Source: Pristiophorus japonicus
Lineage: Eukaryota
Length of the DNA stretch: 64,000 nucleotides
NCBI RefSeq assembly: GCF_044704955.1
Contig: NC_091995.1
Coordinates: 26,536,001-26,600,000 of the forward strand
Reading direction: 5' to 3'
Made by a program: the position numbers and the translations under genes. Of the stretch, positions 36,542 to 49,859 are shown one piece after another; position 1 is the first letter of the stretch; each line of letters starts with the position of its first letter. The notes beneath the pieces are model-generated. The model did no database searches, had not been told where the DNA came from, and saw nothing but the letters and a program-made list of their open reading frames with translations.

Positions 36542-38615
36542 CGAATTGTGTTGCTGTTTCCAGTTCAAGAATGCCCTGCGCTTGCGGCTTATCAGCTCCT
36601 GGATCTCCTGGTCATTCTCACTGAACCAGTCTTGATGTATCCTGGTGGAATGACCAAGCTAATTATGGTGACTTTGTGGGCAGACCAGGCACTGTGTCTC
36701 CGGTTCACTGGAAATCATCAGATTGGTTGTGAGGCGCTGGCTGAAGTGCGCTTTCTTAGCAGGGCCTTTGAGTGCTCCAGCATTAATTTTCCTGTGGCTG
36801 CATTTCTGATGCCACTGCTGTTTTGGGGCTGCATTGAAGGAAATGACAGAGTGGATTAGGCAGTGGTCAGTCCAACAGTCATCACTTCCTGTCATGGCGC
36901 GTGTGATGTGAACATCCTTGCGGTCCCTTGCTCGGACGATGACGTAGTCTAGCAGATGCCAGTGCTTGGAGCGAGGGTGTTGCCATGAGGCCTTGTACTT
37001 GTCTCTCTGATGGAACAAGGTTATGACAAGACCATGTTCTAAGCAACACAACTTGAGAGCAAGAAAGCAGCTCTGTAGAGGTCCAACACAAAACTCGCGA
37101 CCTAAAGAACAGATGGTGGGTGGAAAAAGCGCAGGAGATCCAACAACTAGCCCACAACCACGACATATGTGGATTCTTTAGCGCAGTCAATACCGCCTAT
37201 GGCCCAAACACCCAAGGTCCTACCCCAGTGAGGACGAAGAATGGAGAGGTACTCATCAAGAACATAGAGGCAGTCAGTGCCTGCTCGAAGGACTACTTCA
37301 AAGATCTCCTTAACGTAGACTTTGTCTTCAACATGAGTGTCCTCAACCCCATCCCGCAGCATGCTACCCACCACCACCTCAGCACAACCTCAACCCGGCA
37401 TGAGATTGAAAAGGCCATTCGACATCTGAAGAACAACAAGGCATTAGGAGCAGATGGAATCCCCGATGAAGCAGTAAAGCATAGTGGAGAAGCACTATTG
37501 GTGCGAATCCATAAACTCATTTCTCTTATTTGGAAGGAGAAAAGCATGCCAGGGGATCTCAGAGACACTATAATCGTGACCATCTTCAAGAAAGGTGACA
37601 AGTCTGATTGCAGTAATGACAGAGGAGTTTCCCTGCTGTCTGCCACAGAGAAAGTAATCGCAAGAATCCTCCTCAATCGTCTTTTCCCTATGGCTGAAGA
37701 GCTCCTTCCGGAGTTGCAATGCAGATTCCGCCAACTAAGTGGCACAATGGACATGATCTTCACCACACATAAAATTCAAGAAAATGCAGGGAGCAGCACC
37801 AGCCTCTGCACATGGCCGCCTTTGGCCTCACAAAGACCTTCGACACTGTCAACCGGGAGGGATTATGGAGTGTCCTCCTTAAATTCGGCTGTTATCGAAA
37901 GTTTGTCATGATCCTCTGCCTGCTTCATGATGACATGCAAGCAGTGATCCTGAGCAATGGATCCATCACAGACCCAACACATGTGCGGACCGAGGTCAGG
38001 CAAGGCTGTGTCATCACACCAACGCTCTTCTCGATCTTCCTTGCTGCAATGCTCCATCACACCCTTAATAAGCTCCCTGTTGGAGTGGAGCTAATGTACA
38101 GAAGAAATGGGAAACTGTTCAACCTCCGTCACCTCCAGTCCAGATCCAAGGTCGTCCCTTCCTCTATCATTGAATTACAGTACGCAGACACCCTTGCGTT
38201 TGCGCACACTTAGATGTCGAACTCCAAACCATCGTCAACAGCTTCAGCAAAGCGCACAGGAGTATGGGCCTTACATTAAATATCCGTAAGACAAAGGGTC
38301 TCCACCAACACAGAGTACTGCCCCCCAATTATCAAGATCCATGACGAGGCCTTGGACAACGTGGACCATTTTCTATACCTCGGGAGCCGACTGTCAACAA
38401 GGGCAGATGAAGTCCAACACTGGCTTCAGTGTGCCAGTGGAGCCTGAGGAAGAGGATGTTTGAAGACCAAGACCTGAAAGCCAGCACCAAGCTCATGGTT
38501 CACAGAGCAGTAGTGATACCCACCCTGTTTCAGAGACATGGACTCTGTGCACCAAGCACCACAAAGCACTGGAGAAGTACCACCAATGATGCTGCAGCAA
38601 GATCCTGCAAATCCA
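36542..38615. mobile_element. RTE LINE with 5' inversion, 3' end missing, inserted in a SINE
   Basis: 36542-37043 inverted (EN/linker) and 37041-38615 forward (RT). The two segments are contiguous in the reference RTE at about 13585. Confidence 0.8.
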
Positions 38616-38694
38616 TTACTGAATTTATATTCCCCAGCTGCGGTGGTGGGATTTGTACTGGCCTGGCCGGATCATTAGTTCAGGCTTCAGGATT

Positions 38695-41477
38695 ACAGAA
38701 ACGTGGTTGCAGGGTGGCCAAGACTGGGAATTAAACATACAGGGGTATCTGACAATTCGGAAAGATAGACAAGAAGGGAAAGGAGGTGGGGTAGCTCTGT
38801 TAATAAAGGATGATATCAGGGCAGTTGTGAGAGACAATATTGGCTCTAATGAACAAAATGTTGAATCATTGTGGGTGGAGATTAGAGATAGTAAGGGGAA
38901 AAAGTCACTGCTGGGTGTAGTTTATAGGCCCCCAAATAAAAACTTCGCGGTGGGGCGGGCAATAATCAAGGGAATAATGGAGGCATGTGAAAAAGGAACG
39001 GCAGTAATCATGGGGGATTTTAACCTACATATTGATTGGTCAAATCAAATCGCACAGGGTAGCTTGGAGGAGGAATTCATAGAATGCATACGGGATTGTT
39101 TCTTAGAACAGTATGTTACAGAACCTATAAGGGAGCAAGCTATCTTAGATCTGGTCCTGTGTAATGAGACAGGAATAATAAACGATCTCCGAGTAAAAGA
39201 TCCTCTCGGAATGAGTGATCACAGTATAGTTGAATTTGTAATACAGATTGAGGGTGAGGAAATAGTGTCTCAAATGAGCGTACTATGCTTAAGCAAAGGA
39301 GACTACAGTGGGATGAGGGCAGAGTTGGCTAAAGTAGACTGGAAACGCAGACTAAACGGTGGCACAATTGAGCAACAGTGGAGGACTTTAAAGGAGCTCT
39401 TTCATAGTGCTCAACAAAAATATATTCCAGTGAAAAAGAAGCGAGGTATGAGAAGGGATAACCAGCCGTGGATAACCAAGGAAATAAAGGAGAGTATCAA
39501 ATGAAAAACCAATGCCTATAAGGTGGCCAAGGTTAGTTGGAAACTAGAAGATTGGGAAAATTTTAAACGACAGCAAAGAATGACTAAGAAAGCAATAAAG
39601 AAAGGAAAGATAGATTACAAAGGTAAACTTGCGCAAAACATAAAAACGGATAGTAAAAGCTTTTACAGATATATAAAACGGAAAAGTGTGACTAAAGTAA
39701 ATGTTGGTCCCTTAGAAGATGAGAAGGGGGATTTAATAATGGGAAATGTGGAAATGGCTGAGACCTTAAACAATTATTTTGCTTCGGTCTTCACAGTGGA
39801 AGACACAAAAACCATGCCAAAAATTGCTAGTCACAGGAATGTGGGAAGGGAGGACCTTGAGACAATCACTATCACTAGGGGGGTAGTGCTGGACAGGCTA
39901 ATGGGACTCAAGGTAGACAAGTCCCCTGGTCCTGATGAAATGCATCCCAGGGTATTAAAAGAGATGGCGGGAGTTATAGCAGATGCATTCGTTATAATCT
40001 ACCAAAATTCTCTGGACTCTGGGGAGGTACCAGCAGATTGGAAAGCAGCTAGTGTAACGCCTCTGTTTAAAAAAGGGGGCAGACAAAAGGCAGGTAATTA
40101 TAGGCCGGTTAGTTTAACATCTGTAGTGGGGAAAATGCTTGAAACTATCATTAAGGAAGAAATAGCGGGACATCTAGATAGGAATAGTGCAATCAAGCAG
40201 ACGCAACATGGATTCATGAAGGGGAAATCATGTTTAACTAATTTACTGGAATTCTTTGATTATATAACGAGCATGGTGGATAGAGGTGTACCGATGGATG
40301 TGGTGTATTTAGATTTTCAAAAGACATTCGATAAGGTGCCACTCAAAAGGTTACTGCAGAAGATAAAGGTACACGGAGTCAGAGGAAATGCATTAGCATG
40401 GATAGAGAATTGGCTTACGAACAGAAAGCAGAGATACAGGATAAATGGGTCCTTTTCGGGTTGGAAATCGATGGTTAGTGGTGTGCCACAGGGATCGGTG
40501 CTGGGACCACAACTATTTACAATATACATAGATGACCTGGAAGAGGGGACAAAGTGTAGTGTAACAAAATTTGCAGATGACACAAAGATTAGTGGGAAAG
40601 CAAGTTGTGTGGAGGACACAGAGAGGCTGCAAAGAGATTTAGATAGGTTAACTGAATGGGCTAAGGTTTGGCAGATGGAATACAATGTCGGAAATTGTGA
40701 GGTCATCCACCTTGGGAAAAAAAACAGTAAAAGGGAATATTATTTGAATGGGGAGAAATTACAACATGCTGCGGTGCAGAGGGACCTGGGGGTCCTTGTG
40801 CATGAATCCCAAAAACTTAGATTGCAGGTGCAGCAGGTAATCAGGAAGGCGAATGGAATGTTGGCCTTCATTGCGAGAGGGATGGAGTACAAAAGCAGGG
40901 AGGTCCTTCTGCAACTGTATAGGGTATTGGTGAGGCCGCACCTGGAGTGCTGTGTGCAGTTTTGGTCACCTTAATTAAGGAAGGATATACTAGCTTTGGA
41001 GGGAGTACAGAGACGATTCACTAGGCTGATTCCGGAGATGAGGGGGTTACCTTATGATGATAGATTGAGTAGACTGGGTCTTTACTCGTTGGATTTCAGA
41101 GGGGTGATCTTATAGAAACATTTAAAATAATGAAAGGGATAGACAAGATAGAGGCAGAGAGGTTGTTTCCACTGGTTGGGGAGACTAGAACGAGGGGGCA
41201 CAGCCTCAAAATACAGGGGAGCCAATTTAAAACCGAATTGTGAAGCAATTTCTTCTCCCAGAGGGTTGTGAATCTGTGGAATTCTCTGCCCACGGAAGCA
41301 GTTGAGGCGAGCTCATTGAATGTATTCAAGTCACAGATAGATAGATTTTTAACCAATAAGGGAATTAAGGGTTACGGGGAGAGGGCGGGTAAGGGGAGCT
41401 GAGTCCACGGCAGAGCAGGCTCGAGGGGCTAGATGGCCTACTCCTGTTCCTAATTCTTATGTTCTTATGTTCTTATT
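38695..41477 (+). mobile_element. CR1 LINE, nearly complete ORF2
   Basis: ITETWL..GGGVAL..GDFN (EN), GVPQGSVLGP and FADDTK (RT), few stops, (TTCTTATG)n tail. Confidence 0.95.
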
Positions 41478-41599
41478 ACTAATCCAGTAACATAACCATT
41501 GTGCAACCATTCCCAGTTTCTCTCCAATACGCCTGAAATTGACTTTCACCCTCACTGTGCCCATCCTCGACAGGGTAAAGATCCCAGGCTCCTGTCTGG

Positions 41600-41801
41600 C
41601 ACTGAACGGGTGCAATAAATGTTATAACTTCCTACATTAAATAGCACCTGTTGTTGTAATGATATTGAAGTCTCTCTCTCCCTCCCTCTCCCCACCCCCT
41701 AATCCTGAGCTCCGTGTTGAGCTACACTTCCTACTATTCAGCTCCTCCTCCCTTGTTCCGTTACTTAAATCCAATGTCTGAGCGGCGAGATCTCCAGCCA
41801 G
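41600..41801 (+). promoter_or_regulatory. Putative promoter/5'UTR of IgSF copy C
   Basis: Only non-repeat stretch directly upstream of the leader ATG; contains ACTTCCT (ETS-like) and CACCTG motifs. Motif matches only. Confidence 0.3.
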
Positions 41802-41862
41802 ATGAAAACCCTTGTCCTTTCTTTTCTCCGCCTTTTGCACCTTCTCACCGACTGGGCTTCAG
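41802..41862 (+). CDS. IgSF copy C, signal-peptide exon
   Basis: MKTLVLSFLRLLHLLTDWAS plus G|gtaaaa, phase 1. Joins the V exon to give ..WASA/QMVK, an A-x-A cleavage site. Confidence 0.7.
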
Positions 41863-42177
41863 GTAAAACCCTTTCTGTAAGTCGCTTTAAACTGGCGGCG
41901 ACAGCGATTCGGGGCAGGGAGCTGTTTCAGTTGAAACATGAAAATGTAACAGCTGTGCTGAAATGCCGAACAGAAGCCCTCTTGTAAAGTAACAGCACAA
42001 AGACCGGGAGACTCGGCAAACTGTAATTCCCAGAGCGACTCCGTCTCCACACATCTATTGCACTCGCTCAGTGCCAGACAGGAGCCTGGGATGTTCACCA
42101 TTGACTTGGATAGAACGAATATCGGGCGTGTGGGACAACGGGCGATTCCGTCCACTAAAGCCGGGGATTACAAAAAG

Positions 42178-42520
42178 ACTTGCATTTATATAGCGACTTT
42201 CACCACCGCAGGACGTCCCAAGGCGCTTTACAGCTTTTTAAAGTACTTTTTGAAGTGCAGTCACTGTTGTAAGGTGGAAAATGCAGCAGCCAATTTGCGC
42301 ACAGCAAGCTCCCACAAACAGCATTGTGACAATAAGCAGATAATCTGTTTTTGTTATGTTGATTGAGGGATAAATATTGGCCCAAGGATACCAGGGATAA
42401 CTCTCCTGCTCTTCTTCGAAATAGTGCCATGGGATCTTTTACGTCCACCTGAGAGGGCAGACTGGGCCTCGGTTTAATGTCTCTTCCGAAAGATGGCACC
42501 TCCAACAGTGCAGCGCTCCT
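42178..42520 (-). mobile_element. Deu-domain SINE
   Basis: 'acttgcatttatatagcg' tail and 'gggatcttttacgtccacctgagagggcagac' core. Confidence 0.8.
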
Positions 42521-45293
42521 TGGTTGGCAAAAGAACCAGAGGGGGAGACGAGGAGATTGTTTTACTCAAATGTGTTATGATCTGGAATGCACTGCCTGAA
42601 AGGGCGGTGCAAGCAGATTCAATGGTAACTTTCAAAGGGGAATTGTATAAGTACTTGAAGGTACAGCAAGTGATCAGGAAGGCCAATGGAATCTTGGCCT
42701 TTATTGCAAAGGGGATGGAGTATAAAAGCAAATAAGTCTTGCAACAGTTATACGGGGTATTGGTGAGGCCACACCTGGAATAATGCGTACAGTTTTGGTT
42801 TGCATATTGAAGAAAGGATTTACTTGCTTTGGAGACAGTTCAGAGAAGGTTCACTAGGTTGATTCTAGAGTTGAGGGGGTTGACTTATGAGGAAAGTTTC
42901 ATTAGGTTGGGCCTCTACTCATTGGACTTCAAGGAAACATAGAAACATAGAAAATAGGTGCAGGAGTAGGCCATTCAGCCCTTTGAGCCTGCACCACCAT
43001 TCAATAAGATCATGTCTGATCATTCACCTCAGTACCCCTTCCCTGCTTTCTCTCCATACCCCTTGATCCCTTTAGCCATAAGAGGTGATCTTATCGAAAT
43101 GTATAAGATTATTGAAATGTATAAGACTGGTAGCAATAAGGCGGAGGAAGGTTTCTTGGAGTGTATAAGGGATGGTTTTCCAGGCTAATACATCAAGGAC
43201 CAACTAGAGTGCTGGCCATCCTAGACTCCGAGACTGGGTGTTGTGTAACAAGTGAGGATTAATTAGCAATCTTGTTGTGTGAGGCCCCTTGGGGAAGAGT
43301 GATGATAATATGGCTGAATTCTTCAGTAAGGTGGAGAGTGACACAGTTAATTCAGAGACGAGGGTCCTGAACTTTTCGAAAGGTAACTTCAATGGTATGA
43401 GACGTGAATTGTCTATGATCGACTGGAGAATGATACTTAAAGGATTGACGGTGGATAGTCAATGGCAGACATTTAAAGATCACATGGATGAACTTCAACA
43501 ATTGTACATTCCTATCTGGCATAAAAATAAAATGGGGAAGGTGACTCAACTGTGGCTAAAAGGTAAATTAGGGATAATGTTAAATCCAAGGAAGAGGTAT
43601 ATATATTGGCCAGAAAAAGCAGCAAACCTTAGGACTGGGAGAAATTTAGAATTCAGCAGAGGAGGACAAAGAGTTTAATTAGGAGGGGAGAAATTTAGAA
43701 TTTAGCAGAGGAGGACAAAGGGTTTAACTAGGGGAAAAATAGAGTATGAGAGTAAGCTTGCAGGGAACATAAAAACTGACTACCAAAGCTTCTATACATA
43801 TGTGAAGAGAAAAAGATTAGTGAAGACAAATGTAGGTCCCTTGCAGTCAGAATCAGGTGAATTTATAATGGGGAACAAAGAAATGGCAGAACAATTGAAC
43901 AAATACTTTGGTTCTGTCTTCATTAAGGAAGACACAAATAACCTTCCGCAAATACTAGGGGACTAAGGGTCTAGCGAGAAGGAGGTACTGAAGGAAAATC
44001 TTATTAGTCAGGAAATTCTGTTAGGGAAATTGATGGGACTGAAGGCCGATAAATCCCCAGGGCCTGATGGTCTGCATTCCAGAGTACTTAAGGAAGTGCC
44101 CCTAGAAATAGTGGATGCATTGGTGATCATTTTCCAACATTCTATAGACTCTGCATCAGTTCCTATGGATTGGAGGGTAGCTAATGTAACACCACTTTTT
44201 AAAAAAGGAGGGAGAGAGAAAACGGGGAATTATAGACTGGTTAGCATGACATCGGTAGTGGAGAAAATGTTGGAATCAATTATTAAATATGTAATAGCAG
44301 CGCATTTGGAAAGCAGTGACAGGATCAGCCCAACTCAGCATAGAATTATGAAAGGGAAATCATGCTTGACAAATCTTCCAGAATTTTTTGAGGATGTAAT
44401 GAGTAGAGTGAACAAGGGAGAACCAGTGGATGTGGTGTATTTGGACTTTCAAAAGGCTTTTGACAAGGTCCCACACAAGAGATTAGTTTGCAAAATTAAA
44501 GCACATGGTATTAGGGGTAATGTATTGATGTAGGTAGAGAACTGGTTGGCAGACAGGAAGCATAGAGTAGGAATAAACGGGTCCTTTTCAGAAAGACAGG
44601 CAGTGACTAGTGGGTTACGGCAATGTTCAGTGCAGGGACCCCAGCTATTTACAATATACATTAATGAATTGAATGAAATATCTCCAAGTTTGCAGAATAC
44701 ACTAAGCTGGGTGGCAGTGTGAGCTATGAGGAGCATGCTAAGATGCTGCAGGTGACTTGGACAGGTTTGGTAAGTGGGCAAATGCATGGCAGATGCAATA
44801 TAATGTCGATAAATGTGAGGTTATCCACTTTGGTGGCAAAAACAGGAAAGCAGAATATTATCTGAATGGTGACAGATTAGGAAAAGGGGAGGTGCAACAA
44901 GACCTGGGTGTCATGGTACATCAGTCACTGAAAGTTGGCATGCAGTTACAGCAGGTGGTGAAGAAGGCAAATGGCACGTTGGCCTTCATAGCGAGAGGAT
45001 GAGAGTGCAGGAGCAGGGAGGTCTTGCTGCAGTTGCACAGGGCCTTGGTGAGGCCTCACCTTGAATATTGTGTACAGTTTTGGTCTCCTAATCTGAGGAA
45101 GTACATTCTTGCTATTGAGGGAGTGCAGCGAAGGTTCACCCGACTGAGTCCCGGGATGGCAGGACTGACATATGAAGAAAGACTGGATAGACTAGGCTTC
45201 TATTCATTGGAATTTAGAAGAATGAGAGGGGATCTCATAGAAACATATAAAATTCTGACGGGATTGGACAGGTTAGATGCAGGAAGAATGTTC
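42520..45293 (+). mobile_element. Mosaic of CR1 LINE fragments, mostly + strand, with a short - strand tail at 42935-43082
   Basis: KSPGPDGLH..GNYRLVS..YLDFQKAFDKV..RPHLEYCVQFWSP, frameshifted. Confidence 0.85.
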
Positions 45294-45294
45294 C

Positions 45295-45961
45295 CGGAGT
45301 TTATTCCCTCCTGAAGCTCCATTACTGCCTCTTATCGACCAGGGGCAGATGGATGGACCAACCAGTCTGAACTTGCCCCGGGCTGGGAGCGGCAGGAATG
45401 GGTTTCCCCGTGCTGCCACCCGTCGGGCACGTGCCAACCCTGTTCCGACCTGCGGCGACCCCCACGGGAAATTGCCCCATGGGAGCGGAGCCGCCGCCAG
45501 TCGGTGCCACTGACAGCTTGCCCCGGTCGGGAAGCTGTGTATTTCTGGGCGGCACGTCCGCCCTTAAAGTGGAGGGCAGGCTGCCGGCACCCCCATTTTA
45601 TTTTAATTTTTGCCTGACTCCGAGGTCGGCCCAACAATGGTGGCCATGTGTTCGGCCATGTTGCCTCTTGTTTACCCTCCCTGGTGGCCCAGTGTGTCGA
45701 ACTAAACCCCATGCAGAGCTCGTAGCAGCCGTCCCCTTTAACTGACGCAGTGCGACGCAGCAAGTCCGCATCGCGGTAACGACATCCGCGACGTGCCGAC
45801 GTCAACAGCGCGGCGCTGATGATTCATAGCATTGGCCAATCAGCTGCAAGGGCACTGCCTCCCCTCAGCACCGCCCCGACTGGAAATGGACAACGAAGAG
45901 CTGAATATTGGCGGATTGGGGCGGAGAGAAAATTACAAGATCGGGAGGGAATTTTGGCCCC
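45295..45961. mobile_element. GC-rich probable MITE fragment
   Basis: Ends in 'aattttggcccc' followed by TAA, similar to the terminus of the 47756-49018 element; left end not found. Confidence 0.4.
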
Positions 45962-46018
45962 TAAATCTCTCCTGTAAATAAAGTGTAAAATGTTCTGATT
46001 CACTTATTTATATTTTAG

Positions 46019-46318
46019 CACAGATGGTGAAAGGCAGCATGGTGGCTGCTACAGGTTCCTCCATCCGATTCCCTGGAACTGATAAAGGATTCACCGAATT
46101 CAACTGGGAATTCTCTGATCCCAGCAGGACTATCCCCATTATAGAATACACCAAAAAACATCACATCATATTTGACCAGTACAGTAATCGAGTTGAATTT
46201 AACAAATCAGTCGGATCCTTATTGCTGAAAGATTTACAGGAGGCGGATACTGGGAGATACAAATTGACTGTGGACTTAGACCCTCACAGGACCAGAATTC
46301 TAACTCTCGAGGTGTTTG
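46019..46318 (+). CDS. IgSF copy C, cysteine-less Ig V-type exon
   Basis: 300 nt, 'tattttag|CACAGATG' and 'TTTG|gtaagt'. Intact V-set motifs: W of the C strand, YSNRVEF, GSLLLKDL, DTGRY. Confidence 0.88.
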
Positions 46319-46869
46319 GTAAGTGTTATTTAAATAACTCGCAGGTGGTGACCCAGTGCAATGTTCTGCTGCACTCATGTTTGAACAAGGTATAGATTTG
46401 TTTAATATTGCTCTGCAGACTCGCATGTTACTATTGTGATCATGCGGCAATGATTGTGGGTACTCGGAAACCAAAATTCAATGGCTATTTGTGTGTGGAC
46501 GAGCTGCCCCTCCCCTTTATTGTGTGTGAATGAGCTCTCTCCCATCCCTTTATTGTGTGCGGCTAAATCTCCCCCAGATCTTTATTACAGACCCACCATT
46601 TACACCGTCCGTGCTTATCACGGGCAAACAGCTATATTGGACAAATGGCGCGAACCATTTGCCATTTTCACTGAAGCCAATTACAAAGTGGCTATTTATA
46701 ATGCATTGAGCTGTTTCAGATAACAGTAGCTCAGACTTGTCGAATTGCATAATGCATCAAATATCATACCTGGACCATGAGTGGTTTGACAACAACTGCT
46801 GGTAAAACGTACTGAACCTATTGTTGGAATAATGTCTTACCGTCCCCAAACACTGTGGAACATAGGAAC

Positions 46870-47653
46870 TGTAAGGGTTACTAAGAGCCTGGAACCCCGT
46901 TACAGAGTTCTTGACGTTAGGATTTATAAGAACAAAATTACACACGGCACAGGGTTGTGACTCAACCAAGATTCGTACGTTTTATTGAACATACACACAA
47001 CTATCTTCCGAGTATAAATCACTACGATCTATGTGGGACTAACAATCCCAGAATACAAACCACGACAAAAAGGTAATTTGCTTTTTAAAGCCGTTTGCGA
47101 TTTGATTGTTACATATAAAGTTACCCAGATCCAAACACAAAACTCTTCTATGATTTGGCTGTCCCGAAGACTAGCTGGCTTCTCTTCATGTTTCGATTCG
47201 GTTCCTGTACTGCTCCCTTGCCTTCGAAAATGGGTTGTCTTTATTCCAAAAAACCAGCTTGTGAACTCGAAGAAGATTTCCTGTTCCCTCCTGTGATATC
47301 AGCTCTCCTGCTGTGCAACACAATGCAGAGCCTTCCTTGGTATCATTTGAGGAATGTGTGAATGTCCCTGTATCTTTTTCAGACAGAAAACCATTGAAGG
47401 TGTAAATGTCCCTGTATCTTTTTTGTTGGTGACCATTGACAGTGTGAATGTCTCTCTTTTGATGCCATTGTCTGGTGATTAAGGTCGATGACATATATCC
47501 TGTATCGTTGTTCATCCTGATGTCTGATGGTTTGGCTGTAATGTAAGAATTAACCCTTTCCTGCCCAGCTCTTTTTGCAGACTGTAACACAGTTCTGAGG
47601 TTTTATATTCAATGGTCCATTTTTACCATTGTGGGGGAGGAATGGATCCTACA
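46870..47653 (-). mobile_element. Solo LTR (ERV-like or Gypsy), 784 bp
   Basis: TGTAAGG..TCCTACA termini, 4-bp TSD GAAC, AATAAA on the - strand near 46981, internal tandem repeats. Absent at the homologous site of copy A (about 7550-7580). Confidence 0.75.
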
Positions 47654-47755
47654 GAACAGAACAGGAGGATATCATTCAGCCCCTCCGCCACTCAATTACA
47701 TCATGGCTGATCAGTAACTTCACTCCATTTACCTAGCAAGGTTCTCCAACACTTA

Positions 47756-49018
47756 ATGCCTAAGTTTCCGATGTTGCTAAAAACGGCACCCCTCTGTGAT
47801 TTAAGTAACCTGTCTGGGGAAAAAAGTGTGCCGAAATGTTACCGGGGAATTCTCCGGTCGTCCTGGAGCGTGGCATTGCGCAGCGAAGTCTCCCTGGGGC
47901 GAAGCAAGTCAATCGCAGCAAGCAGGGAGAGGGGCTAGGGATCAGCATTCTTCTGAGTGCCAGCAGCGTTGCGCAGGCGCGTTGGAGTGTGCGCATATGC
48001 GCAATGGCTTAGCAGGGCGTTTTTCCCCCAGTCTGTCTTTGAATGGTGTGGGTACCGGGGAGGGATGGAGGAGCGTGGGAAGGGGGCACTGGGGAGGTGA
48101 TCGGTGGGGGAGAAGCAAGGGAAGGGATGGAGAAGCATGGGAAGGGATGGAGAAACATGGGAAGGGATGGAGGACCGTGGGTTGGGGGGGGGCACTGGGG
48201 AGGTGATCATGGGAGAGAAGCATGGGAAGGGATGGAGGAGCGTGGTTTGGGGGGGGCGCTTGAAATGATCGAAGGGCCAGAGGAGAGAGCAGGGGTGCCT
48301 CCATCCAGCCTCCCACGCCGCCCCCCCCCCCCACATTCAGACCCTCCCCCCTCCCCCACCCTCACCACCTCCGACCCGCCCCCACCCCCTCACTGACAGA
48401 TACAGAGAGAGAGATACACTGACAGAGACACCTTTCCTTCACATAAAGGTAGGACTTCTATTTTTTATTTGTTATTGATTGATTGTTTATTACTTTGATC
48501 TTGGTGCTTTAGGTGCAGGGTTCCTTCTATTTTTTATTTAATTGCTTATTACTTTTTGTGCTTTGTTTAGTGCTTAATGCTTTAAATGTACTTTGCTTCT
48601 TTAATGTTGTTGTGAAGGTGTTTAGTGCTTTGAAAAATCCTCGAAACTCCCTTCCCCCCCACTGTTGTGATGTTGATGTGTCCTTTGTGTTTAATGCCAC
48701 CCCCTGCCCCCCCCCCCCCCCTCCCCAAGTCTCTGGCTGTGCACTAAACTTAACTCCAGGTAAGTTTTTCAGAATTTACAAAAGTGGACAGTTACTCCAT
48801 TCTAAGTTAGTTTGGAGTAAGTTTTCACTGCCGAAACTTGCAAAACAGGCCTAAGTGGCTGGACACATCCCCTTTTGAAAAAAAATACCTGAACTAAAAT
48901 TAACCTAAATTAACTCACTAGAACTGGAGCAAACTAAATGCCGAGAATTGCGATTTCTAAGATACTCCAAACTAAACTAGTTGCTCCAAGAAAGCAACTC
49001 CACCCAAAACTTGGGCCC
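47756..49018. mobile_element. PIF/Harbinger-type MITE
   Basis: Imperfect TIRs 'atgcctaagttt' and 'aaacttgggccc', TSD TTA. Empty site in copy A ('ccaatccttaataccc' on the - strand). Confidence 0.65.
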
Positions 49019-49514
49019 TTAATACCTTTGCCAAACAAAAATGTATTAATCTCAGTTTTGAAGTTTTCTATTGACCTCCAGCTTCATCAGCTATTTATCC
49101 CCATTCTTGAAAGAGATGCCACCGAGTGCAATGATGAACCCTTTGCAGGGATTAACTTTCTTTCGTAGCCTCTTTGCTTCCCAGAACATGCACTGGACTC
49201 CATGCCTCACTCCAACTATTGGAGTGTTGCTATTGTCATAACTAGATTCAGCTTTCCCATCTGCTACTGGTAGCGGGCAAATCATGTTAATACCAACCCA
49301 ATCGCTATATGTGGTGGGGACTGTAATATCTCAGCTGGAACAGCTGTCCTCCGAGAATGCGGCAATACCGCTGAAGGTCCCTGTTTACGGACTATTGATT
49401 AAAGGTGAAAGCTGTAATCAAACCAATCACCCTGTACTGTCAAGCACCGAGACCCAGTTCCCAACAATCTTCACAATAATTGGTGCGAACAACAATCGAG
49501 ACAGAAATAAGGAA

Positions 49515-49800
49515 CTTGCATTTATACAGGACATTCCACTTCCTCAGGACATCTCAAAGTGCTTCACAAGCCAGTGAAGTACTACTGAAATGCAGTCACT
49601 GCTGTAATGTAGGGAAACACGGCAGCCAATTTGTGCATAGCAAGATCCCATAAACAGCAAATGAGATGAATGAACAGTTAATCCATTTGTCCTCTCGTTC
49701 AAAAGTCAGCACCTCTAGCAATGCTGCACTCTCTCAGTATTGTAGACAAGTGTTGGCCTGGATTATGTGCTGAAGCCCTGCAGTGAGACCTGACCTGAGC
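49515..49800 (-). mobile_element. Deu-domain SINE (counterpart of 6530-6960)
   Basis: Same flanks as in A and B, inverted. Confidence 0.7.
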
Positions 49801-49859
49801 ACTTCATAAACCATAAGGTGTGTGTGCGTGTTTGCGTGTGCATGTGTACGTGTACACTA

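Noticed and set aside
39523-40974. Long RT ORFs (also 51931-53001, 58063-59232, 14803-15711) as host or domesticated genes
   Set aside because: Ordinary CR1/RTE ORF pieces bounded by stops or frameshifts and followed by element tails.
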